Assembly: GCF_964194025.1 (NCBI RefSeq)
Contig: NC_134468.1
Span: 79,670,001 to 79,734,000, forward strand
Length of the DNA: 64,000 bases
From: Convolutriloba macropyga
Taxonomy: Eukaryota
Reading direction: 5' to 3'
Shown: positions 51,105-61,721 of the stretch, one piece after another
How the letters are laid out: the number at the start of each line of letters is the position of its first letter
How positions within the stretch are numbered: the stretch's first letter is position 1
Position numbers and translations under genes: made by a program
The notes under the pieces: generated by a model
Databases searched by the model: none
Told to the model about the DNA's origin: nothing
The model's input: the letters and a program-made list of their open reading frames with translations, nothing else

Positions 51105-52763
51105 TAATAGCCGCACAGCGATAGCTGGGGCTATTATTGGCCTTCTCTTGGTTTTTTACAATTCAAAGAATTTGAATTGTATTGGGGCGCTGTCTTTTTA
51201 CGACTCGAAGAGGAGTATTGGAGAAGTCCTTTTTTTAATCAATTTTATTGGAGTGATTTTTGAAGCGGGAAATGAAACGCGTGAAAAAATTTGGAGTGAT
51301 TTTGGTGGTGAACAAAAGTGAAGAGCGGAGCAAAAAGAGAGTGGTTTTTGTTGATAAGGCTGTTTTTGAGAGAGCGAAAAATTGATGCGTGAAAAAATTT
51401 CTAAGCGAGCGAATTTTTTTGGTCACGTGAGGCTTTTAAAAGCAGTTTTTTGCAACTTTTGATGGTTATGAGGTTTGATTATGTTATTGTATTAGTTTTA
51501 GGCTTGTTCTGCTAGGAATTGAAGGTTTCAAGTAGTAAATTTGAGTTTAATGCTAATTTGGAGATTTTTGATCAGTTTTGCTGATTTTGACGAAATTTAA
51601 TGATTTTTTGCCTGTTTTTTTTTTGTTTTAATGCTTTAAGTGGGGATTTGGATAGAAGCCTGTTACTTAAGAAATATTCAGATACCAATTGGTTAAAGTT
51701 TTTTTGTTTATAGCTGCGAAGCTGTAAGCTGAGCATAGCTATATTGCAGTGCTCTCGGTTTTTTCCAATTCAAAGAATTTGAATTGTATTGGGGCGCTGT
51801 CTTTTTTTTAAGATCTGTTCACACATTTTCGTGATTTTTGAAGTCAAATTGGAGTGGTGATTTTGGTCACGCCGAAACAGGAAATGGAGCGAAAAAGCGA
51901 GTGGTTTTGCGGCGTGAATTTTTTTCGCTCTAATTTTAAAGTAGAGTGAAAAAACGGTGTCTGAACAAAAATTCGGTTTCTCGGTAGTGGTTTTTTGTTC
52001 ACATGCGGCAATTTCACTCTGATTTTTACTGTTTTTTCGATTTTTTGGATCGGATTTTTTTCTAAATAGTTTTCCCAATCCATTCACAGCTCATTCTGGA
52101 CCTAGTTTTTTTCTTAGAATCAAAATTACATATCTCACTAGTGGTTTTTTTGTTCTCTCTAGCAGCATTTTGACATTGATTTTCTGTTTTTTTTTCATCT
52201 GATTTTTTTAGAAATGGTTTTTCCAATGCACTCATTGACCGTTCTAAGTCTAGTTATTTGTTAAGTTAATGAAAATTCTTTGAATTGTACGCCAGGACTT
52301 GTCCTGCTATGTTTTTTTATTTCGTCGTCATGATTTTTGTTACGACCATATGACGTCACAGCCACTTTTTGTTCATTCGTTCATGCAATTTCAACTGAAT
52401 TTCATGTGTGACGTCATTTTTCGCTCTTAGTGGAGCTAGTTTTTTTGTTCATGCGCGTGATTAAGTTTTTGGTCACACTTGACTTACCTCACTCTCAAAA
52501 ATGACTTCCTCACTTTGAAATTGACTTTTATTTACTTTAATTCAATGAGATAAGGTCAAATGGGTGTGTGTCACTCTAAATGAAGGTTATTTGAGATCAG
52601 CTAATAGAGGCAGCATTAACCTATACAGATTTTTAATAAAAATTTAACAGATCAGCCTTCAATGAAAAGGCAAATTTTTTGGTCTGTCTTTTTTACTGTT
52701 TTTTTAGACGGCCGATCTACGAATCTATTGCGGCTATTTTCTGGCAATCTGCCAGCTATGTTT
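51105..52763 (+). mobile_element. Composite HINE-like element (second 5' end at 51709; inner HINE 51766-52313)
   Basis: AATAGCCGCA ... TGCGGCTATT-TTCTGGCAATCTGCCAG-CTATGTTTTT; the first 600 bp are almost identical to 44228-44830. Confidence 0.8.
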
Positions 52764-55198
52764 TTAAAATTGCTCTCAAACGATTTTTCGTCTGAGTCAT
52801 TTGACTTTTCGTCCTCAAAAGCAGGAAAAACAGGTAGCGCCCAGCGGGCATTAAGTTCTCAAAGAGCATTTCATTTCACTAGTCTCCAAATATGCGATTC
52901 ACAGATACTTTTGGAGACTTATGATGTGACGGGCTGTTCTTAGAAAATGAGAGGTGAACGTTTTCTATCAAAGCGAGGAATTTTTTTTAGTTTATTTGGA
53001 TTTTTTTTTTAAATTTGGCCTCAAAAATATTTTAGACTAGGATTAATATTGGTGCGTTTTGATGGCATTGTGACGTTATTTAAATGCAGCTTACAGAAAT
53101 TTGAAGGCTAGTCTACTATTTTGAGATATTAAGGCTATTCGATTCATTGGATTTATTGAGAATTGAATAGGAAACTATCTCTGAGCCATCTTCTGCTAGT
53201 AACTGATTACATTTGTGTAGGTTCAATAGAGCTTTTGTTTGAAATTTTGACCAAAGTTTTATTAAAAAATTACAATTTCTTAATTCTTGCGGAGAAGCTT
53301 ATGATCCTATTATGGCTAGCATCTTGTTTTGAGGTCTTGAGTTTGAGAAAGTTATTGGTATTTGGGAGCGTGTTTTTCGGTCTGATGCTGCAATTTGATA
53401 AATAGTTTTTTGGTCAATTTTGTTCGGAAAATGGATTTTAAGGGGGCATTTGGCAGTTTAAGGATATTGAGTTGCTAAGTGGTTATTTTTTTAGTAAAGC
53501 CGATTAAGTAAAGGAAGCAAAGATAAGAGCATTTTTAGGACGTTTATTGTAATGTTAATTGACAAAATTGTAGTTGCAAATTTGCTTTTGCTTTTGAATT
53601 TTCACACTATAATTTGATTCCTTGCCAATAATTTTCTTAAGCTTTTATTTACCTGATTTTTCCATTCGTCCCGCTCATTTCGAGGTAGTTTTTTTCAACG
53701 AAATTTCTTTGAATTGTAGGTGATGACCTGCTATGTTTTATTCCGTCGTCAAATTCGTTTAATACCTTGACACTTCATATTAGCTCATTGTTCAATTATG
53801 GCAATATTACCGCGCTCTCTGCGTGACGTCATTTTGCACTCATATTTGAGTGGATTTTTTGGGTTAAGCGAACAGATTTTCGGTCCTCACTCTCAAAATT
53901 ACTTCATTAAATTTGAAAGTGATTTTTGATCGCCTTGGTTGGAGATTGAAAGACAATTTAAGATATCTTTTTGCGGTTATTTGATGAAGCTGCGGAAGAA
54001 TATGCCTAAATCTGTATCAAGTTAAAATGTCCCTGCAAATAGTGGAAAATTGTACTTTTTTCTTTCAAGTCTTGTTTTCCTCGATGTTTGAGATAATGGT
54101 TTGGATAATAATACTGTCCTTCATTAAACTGCTGTCTACTGGCGCCAAGATTAACTGATCCAAACGAAAAATTGGCACATGCATTTAAATTATTTTAGAC
54201 TACTCTTTTTTGGTACCCGTTATTAACGTTTCACTGACATACGGGGCTTGTTTCAAGCCGCTAATGGCAATGTGCAGAAAAGGCACTGAGAGCTCGAAGC
54301 AAAGAAGCTATCACCTGATGTTGAGCTGGCCATATTACCAGAACTATTTTTCAACTTACCCAAGGCCGCATTTTTCTGTTTCAAGCCAATTTTGTTGAAA
54401 GATTCAATTATCTTGCTACTCCTAAGCACACTTTTTTATTCTCTTGTAAATCATAATCTCAAACCTGTACTAGGGCAACAAACTCTCAGCTCAATTCTAA
54501 TCGCGGTTTTTTCTTGAGTGGTTTTAATTAAATGAGCAGCTTTAAGGGTGCGGATCTTTCAGGACACGTCTTTTTATGACAAAATTTTACAGCAGAATCT
54601 GTTTTGGATTATAGCAACGTCATCTTCCGAGCCAGCTATTATTGCTCTCTTGTTTTCTCCAGGCTACTGTTAGTTAATGCTCAGCTGCATTTAAAAAAAC
54701 AGGTGCTCAGCAAAGCAAACTGATAAGAGTCACTGAAAAAACTAAAATAGAAACGGAACGTTCATAAAGCCAAGTGTTAAATACCCTTTAATAGTCTTAG
54801 TTAACATGTAAAGTGTTAATCCGTTTTGTATTAGTCCCTTTATTCTGTCATTGAGAAGGAGAAGGAATCCTAAATGACAAATCCAAAAATTTATACTCGA
54901 ACACGTACTTTTGGGATTCTTTTGTAACAAAACTGTCATTTTTCTTCCATTTTCTTTGCTTTTTTCGATCCCAATTTGGGTCATGAGAACCAATGAAGTT
55001 TTTTTTCCGTTGTCCCGACAGCTGCGGGGATTTTTTTTGTTATCTCATTTGAATTTAAACAGCTGATGATTAAAGTAAATTGTTGAAAATTGTTGAAGTT
55101 TGTTCACTGGCTCACTTTGTTAACTTACTGGCACAGCTTAGCAGTTTGAGATAAGATATTAAAGTGAAAACGATTAAATCATGGTTTAATTATTTGAT

Positions 55199-55476
55199 TT
55201 TTACGACTCGAAGAGGAGTATTGAGATTCTACAGATTTTTACGACTCCAAGAGGAGTATTGATATTCTACAGGTTTNNNNNNNNNNNNNNNNNNNNNNNN
55301 NNNNNNNNNNNNNNNNNNNNNNNNNNNNNNNNNNNNNNNNNNNNNNNNNNNNNNNNNNNNNNNNNNNNNNNNNNNNNNNNNNNNNNNNNNNNNNNNNNNN
55401 NNNNNNNNNNNNNNNNNNNNNNNNNNNNNNNNNNNNNNNNNNNNNNNNNNNNNNNNNNNNNNNNNNNNNNNNNNNN
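55199..55476. repeat. 38-bp tandem repeat running into an N-run
   Basis: TTTACGACTC(G/C)AAGAGGAGTATTGA(G/T)ATTCTACAG; two visible copies 38 bp apart, then 200 N. Confidence 0.75.
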
Positions 55477-58400
55477 GGAAAATAGCTACTTTTGATCCTT
55501 TGAGGCATATCAAGATTGAAACAGAAACAGAAAAATTGCCAAAAAATTTTGATTTGGAAAGCAGTTCTGTTCTAATTTATACTTATTCCAGCTTCGAATA
55601 TGAATTTTCATGTGCACATTTATTGGCTAGCAATCGCTTTATTAAATAATGGTTATTCAAAGCGCTATAAAATAATTAACGGGTTTCATCTGTTTATCCG
55701 GTTTTCTTTGATTTTGCTCATTTGACCATTACCATAATTGCTACCTTGCGTAGTTCAATGAGTAGATAGATTTAGGTTTAATAGAGCAGAAGCAGTTAGT
55801 GAGGTAAGTCAGATACGTGAAATTAGAAATTGTGCAGACCAAAAAACGTGATCGAAATGTGAGACTAGTTAAATTTTCACAACCTGAAGAATACGGGAAC
55901 GGACTCAAAAAGAGTTATCTCTGTGAAGAAAACTTCCATGTCATTTTTCTGTCATCTACTAAAAAGATGGATCTCATAAAACTTCAAAAATTGAATCAAA
56001 AATGAAAAGAAATTAGCAAAAATCCAGCTGATCCAAAAATTTAGAAAAGACGGTTTATACGTTAGATAATACAAGTGACATACATAACAAAACTCCTCTT
56101 CTGTAGAATTGAGGCCATCAAACTACTCAGACAAAAATAGATATGACATGTCAGGTTCAAAAATTTTTCTATTGTTCGAAATATTGAAAAATTGGAAGAA
56201 GTTTCCCGAAAAAAGTTTCATCAACGAGGTTTATCAATTTTCTCATCATTTTGTCCTCAGCACTGTTTTAGACCAATGGAAATGTAATTATCACCGGATG
56301 ATTAGTTTTCTTATGATATAAAAACAGTGTTTTGTGCTAAGAATACCACCAAAATTATTTTCAACAATGGACGCGCCTTTATCAACTCGCACTGAATGCG
56401 GTAAAAAACTGCAAAAAATTGCAAAGCTAGCTTAACACTTAACAAAATAGCTGAGAAACCTCAAAAGTACTATGAAGCTTGGATAATTCAAGAAAAGTTT
56501 TGAAAACACTATTTTAACATGTTTAAAATTGTTTTTACAGCCTTTTCAATCCACTAAATCTCCAGAAATATTTTAATATACCTCAACCCCCCCCCCCCCT
56601 GAAAAGTTGGAAGGAAAATTTGAAAGGATTAAAAGGGTGGGAAGAGTTCACCTACACTAAAATTAGTAGCTGTTGTTTTTCTTTTTTCGCTACGCTACGT
56701 AAGCAAAAAGTGAAAATTTGACTGAAGAANNNNNNNNNNNNNNNNNNNNNNNNNNNNNNNNNNNNNNNNNNNNNNNNNNNNNNNNNNNNNNNNNNNNNNN
56801 NNNNNNNNNNNNNNNNNNNNNNNNNNNNNNNNNNNNNNNNNNNNNNNNNNNNNNNNNNNNNNNNNNNNNNNNNNNNNNNNNNNNNNNAAATGTCATTTCT
56901 TGTGTACCTGAATGTGGGCGTTGCTCAGGACACTGCTCAACAACTGGTTTTCGCCGTTTCCGAGGTAATCGGTAAAAGTTTCCAAAGTTTTAGGTTTTCT
57001 AAAACTTCCTCAAAAAAATTGTTAGCGGTCTCATCTAATATAGTTAACAGAGATGCTGGTAGCTTGATAATTTTATGTGCTTTTTGGGTCCAAAGTGTCG
57101 CTAAAGACAAATTTTTGCCGAAAACTACAAATGTTTTGGTTGTTCAAAATTTATTACCCAAAAACACAAAATACTAGTTGTTTGTCTTTTCTAGATGTTT
57201 AAATTGTCATGACGAATGAACACTTCTTGTACTTGGACCTGCATGTCTGTTTTTTTTCTTTTTCACCAATCTTTATAAATAATTTTTATAACCTTTGCAA
57301 AATATCAAGCTAAAAGCACGAGATACTGAAAAATGTTGCGCAGAGACAGAGCTTTGGATTGGGTTGGTTCTTGTCCAGAGAAAACAGAATCCAACATTCC
57401 TGGACAGTTGACAAATGTGTAGTTTTCCTTATCAAATTTTGAATGCTTAATTTTTTATACCATAAACGGATTTGCAGATTTGCACGAGTCGTCTTGCCTT
57501 TTTATTGAATAAAATTGTCCATTTAATCTCAAACGTGAAACAGAAATCGTAGTAAGTTTCTGAACAATTTTTATTTGCTTCGTTTTGAACTTTAAGTAAA
57601 CAAGAACTTTATTTTTTCAATCTCTTTTGCTTTAAGTTGTCCCAATTTTTAACCCCAATTCTTGATTCTGTCTGTCTGAGGTTCCTTTTAAGGAATATTG
57701 GAGCATTCTCAGTGTTTGTGTCATTCTTCATTGCAATGATGTTAGCAGAAAATTGAAAAATATCTTCAGTATATTATAGTTGAACAAATCTAAATTTATC
57801 TGTCTAGTTAAACAAAACATAAAATATTTATCCAATTTAGAAAAATTGATGGAATGTCCACAGAGCTGGGAAAAGAAAAATTTTTAACGTGAAATTTTCA
57901 GCTGGCAGAAATTTATTAATCTCTTTAGAAAAATCCCCCTTTATTTGAATTTTTCCCTTTTCAGTTTCTGAGGAAAGAGAAAAGATGGAAGGAATAAAAC
58001 AAAGGACAGGTTGAGTTTCCCTTCAATTGTTCCTTTGTTGATTAGGGAAGAAGTATTGCACAATTTTCACCTGTTTCGTTTTAATAAATTCCCTTCTAAA
58101 GTCATAAAAATTTAACTTATTTTCCAGGACAACTGTTCTCCCAGTGAAAGGTTTTTGTTTACTATTATTTTAATATTATTCAACAAAATCAAACACTTGT
58201 TCAGCTTTATCGGGATTTTAGCTGGAAAACTAAATTCCGTAAAAACCGGCTTTCTTTCGAAAAACCAGATGCTGCAAATGAGTAATAGGTTCGAATGAAC
58301 CGCTATGGAATTAAATTTTAAATTAAGCATTTTTAAATCGTTTTAAATTTGCTGTTTTATATTTTAAATACTGGCCAATCAGATTCGAGTATTCGCGTAT

Positions 58401-58705
58401 GCTCCGTCTATTTCAGTTCACATTGCTCCAGTTATTTTTCCTGCATCAATTATAACATCAGATCAATTTCTAATTTATTTGTTTTTATACTTTTATTTTT
58501 CCTCTATCCTTTTTGTTTTTCCTTGGCTTTTCCGATCAAGTTCAACCTTATCAGTTAATTTGGCTAAATTATCTATGAGTTAAATTCCTTTACATTTATT
58601 TTCCTTTATATTATTATGCTCATAACTTTTTGTTTTATCAAGTTAACGGCTTATTGTTAATTAACCTCTTTTCGCGTTCTCATACTTAAGCTTGTATGCC
58701 CTTAA

Positions 58706-59759
58706 ATGGCGGCTTTAAATGCTTCTTCGCCGTTGCCTCCAAAAATGAACTATAAACGAGAAATGCGGTCCTTACATCAAGATCAAATTCAGCCAGTTCA
58801 ATCTCAAATATCTGCGCAACCTTTGTCAAATTTTGCTGAATCGTCTTTAAGCGCTCATTCTGAAACATCAGTTTCGTTATCACCGTTCCTATTCAGTAAC
58901 TCACCCCCAAAAGGTGGTGAAAAAATTGTCTTAGAAAATTTTCACAAAAATCAAACTAACTATGGACCTCTGACCTCTAGAGAAACGGCGCAGGAATCGA
59001 TGACATCGCGAGATTCGACACGATTAGCAAGCAGCAGCTCGCTTACTATTTCAAGTGCCTTTGCAGCTTCTCGAAATGGGTCTGAGAGCGAAAGCAGACA
59101 CCAAATGACCACCGAATCGCCCGATTCCGGAGTTGACACTTCGGTTATGGACACAGATCCCGAAATTGAAGGCCACGAAAACCTCACTGATAACCAGGGC
59201 CGTAGCCATAACCATAACATGGACCATAACGCGGAGTTCCAGAGCCATAGAAGTCTTCAAGGTCAGATGTCGCTCGGGACCGTGCCAGATTCGTCAACCA
59301 TAACGTCTGGTTCCAAACATATCGGTTCAAGTTTGACGGGGCTGATGAAGTCGAGGTCAAACTTTGACCTCTACAGTGACGCATCCCTTGTTATGAGTTT
59401 GAAACGGAAGTTGACAGAATCGCAGGAACATATTCATCCGTCTGGCCAGGCAATCGATTTCCATAACAGGTGTCCGGATCCCACTTGGACAATCAGATCC
59501 AGAAAAGGATCTCTGGCGCTCTCAACTTGCAGTGTGGGCACGAGCGACAGGGAAAATAGGCAGAGCTCGGATGGTCCTGACAGGTCTGAGCGGGATTCGA
59601 ACCCGCGCGTGGATGGTGAAGATGATGGGAGTGACGCAGACGTCGAGATGGGTTGCGCCGCTCTGGAGATCGAAGAAGGGGAAAGTGAAGACGATGGTGA
59701 CTATTGTGTCGAGGATAGACCTCCAACAGATGTGTCATCGTCACCCGATCTTCAGAATG
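58706..59759 (+). CDS. IKZF1: Ikaros-family zinc-finger gene, coding exon 1 (Ser/acidic disordered N-terminus)
   Basis: Long GC-richer ORF with an in-frame TAA just before the ATG; donor AATG|GTGAGA (phase 1) matches the acceptor at 60792. Confidence 0.75.
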
Positions 59760-59816
59760 GTGAGAGCACGCGCCCTATTTTCCACTCAGTAACGCACCGA
59801 GTGACACAAAGTTTGT

Positions 59817-59963
59817 GGGTCTTTCCCATTATAGCCCCCCCCCCCCCCCCAGCTTAGTGGTCAGATAAACTATACCCCCCCCCCCCAAATTCATGGTAAA
59901 CCTACCATAATAGGGGCTGGGGGCTATATTTTCGTGGGGAGAGGGCTATAATTGGAAAGACCC
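59817..59963. mobile_element. 147-bp MITE with 21-bp TIRs and an 8-bp TSD
   Basis: GGGTCTTTCCCATTATAGCCC / GGGCTATAATTGGAAAGACCC (1 mismatch); flanks AAGTTTGT / AAATTTGT. Confidence 0.85.
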
Positions 59964-60611
59964 AAATTTGTATCCACGAGACCATTAACACTCACTACAC
60001 GCTCTCTTTTATTACATTTTTTACTTGTTGTAAAAGATGTAACCCTTCCCCAGTCTTGGGGGGGGGGGGGGGTGTGACAGAATAGATCCGATCCCTTCTA
60101 GCACACGTGATTCATAATTGAGGGTCACAGAATAATTCGGGAATGATACACATTAGATAGCTGTGACACGAAAATGAAATTTGAGATCACTTCTGTTTCG
60201 GGGGATGCAATTCAAGGTTTTCCGAGGCTTATATTAATTCCACAATCAAGATAAGGATCTTTTTCGTTTGTGCCCCCCCCCCCCCCCCCCAGCTTAGTGG
60301 GTGCATATTATTTGCAACTCCCAGATGCACGTGCAATATTTTTACATATTCATAAGTTTGAAGTTCATAAGTTAGCATCACGGTAATGTGTTTTAATTGT
60401 AGTAAATTTGAAAGGGGTATTGTTTCTATTCGCTTGCTAGCTATGTACCAATTTTATTAAATTGTATCACTGTGATTTACGTACTATCATTTCTATTATC
60501 GGCATTTGTCCTGTTTGCGGCGTTAGTAATCTTCAATGATTGTGCTAATGTCTAATTAGGGTGCGTTCGCATTGAAAGTATTTGTTCATTTTGCTTAGTG
60601 AGCATGTTAGA

Positions 60612-60684
60612 GCCCTGCTAGCTCAGTCGGTAGAGCGTTGGACTTTTAATCCAACGGTCAAGGGTTCGAGTCCCTTGTGGGGCG
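60612..60684 (+). tRNA. tRNA-Lys (anticodon UUU)
   Basis: 73-nt cloverleaf: GCCCTGC/GTGGGGC acceptor stem, GCTC/GAGC D arm, TTGGA-CTTTTAA-TCCAA anticodon arm, AAGGG-TTCGAGT-CCCTT T arm; T-run Pol III terminator 5 nt downstream. Confidence 0.95.
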
Positions 60685-60792
60685 GGTATTTTTCGTCTCA
60701 AAAAACAATTCTAATTGAAAACAAGCAATGACCTTTTATAATCTTTTCGAATCCTTCCTTCGCAAAAGAAAACAAAAGTTGCCTGTTATCAG

Positions 60793-61367
60793 ACCGAACT
60801 CACACACCAATCAGCGTGTGCGATGACGTCACAAGCGACAGAGAGGAAGACGAGTTTGCGGGGGAGGGGGACCTTAACAAAGATACCAACGAAGAAGAAA
60901 TCGACAATCTATGCATTGACCAACTTCAAGCAGCCAATCAAATCGACTCTGCATCACCAATAATCAGAACCCATCAATCTCAAATCAGCCCGCACAACAC
61001 CCACGCAGACAGCAGACCAAACTCAGCTGAAATTGGGCAGAATTCGGGGTCGGCTTCCGGGTTAAACTCGCTCCCGAAATTACCGATTCCGATCAAATGT
61101 GGTGAATGTAACCATTCGTTTCACTCGAACGCCTCGTTTGCGATTCATCAGCGAAAACACACGGGCGAACGTCCCTTCGTGTGCGACGAATGTGGGCTAG
61201 GGTTCACCCAAAAGGGCAATTTGTCCAGGCACAAACAGACACACCTGGACAGGAAACCTTTCAAGTGTGACCAGTGCAGCTATGCTACTAAGAGGAAGGA
61301 CGCTCTCTTGACCCACAAGTCTACCCACTACCTCAACAAGAGATACAAGTGCACCTACTGTTCACAG
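60793..61367 (+). CDS. IKZF1: Ikaros-family gene, coding exon 2 (C2H2 fingers F1-F3 and first half of F4)
   Basis: HTGERPF.C..CG..FTQKGNL.RH...H...KPFKC..C.YA..R.DAL..H..TH matches Ikaros F2/F3; donor CAG|GTACCC, phase 0. Confidence 0.9.
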
Positions 61368-61721
61368 GTACCCTATTTAAAATTTGGCTTTAAGCTCTTC
61401 ATAGCTTCTCCGCCTCTTTTGTTTATATAGAGCTAAAACCTAACCCCCCCACTCCGAAGAAAAATCGTTAATTTAGTTTTTGTTTTTAAAAATTTTATTT
61501 AGGGTGGACGATAGTTAATTTCTTGGGGGAGGGGGGGGGGGGGGGATTATAGCTTATCCTTGCTATAAAAAATGTCATTTCATGAGCTTTCAAAAAATGT
61601 AATTAATTTTCGATGTATAACTTTAAACTTTAAAATTAAGTACAGTTTCTTAAGAGCTTATTTAGTTATAAAAAGAAATTCCTAACTGGGAGAAACAAAT
61701 CTACCATGTTTCAATGGAGCT

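Noticed and set aside
44165-58706. USP22-IKZF read-through fusion gene
   Set aside because: An in-frame TAA lies immediately before the IKZF ATG, and I saw no convincing phase-1 acceptor there.
58960-59792. Antisense and alternate-frame ORFs over IKZF exons (also 63619-63896)
   Set aside because: Shadow ORFs of GC-richer coding sequence.
60816-61430. Hunchback or REST identity for the zinc-finger gene
   Set aside because: The recognition helices (QKGNL.RH, R.DAL..H, QR.SL..H...CH) match Ikaros specifically.
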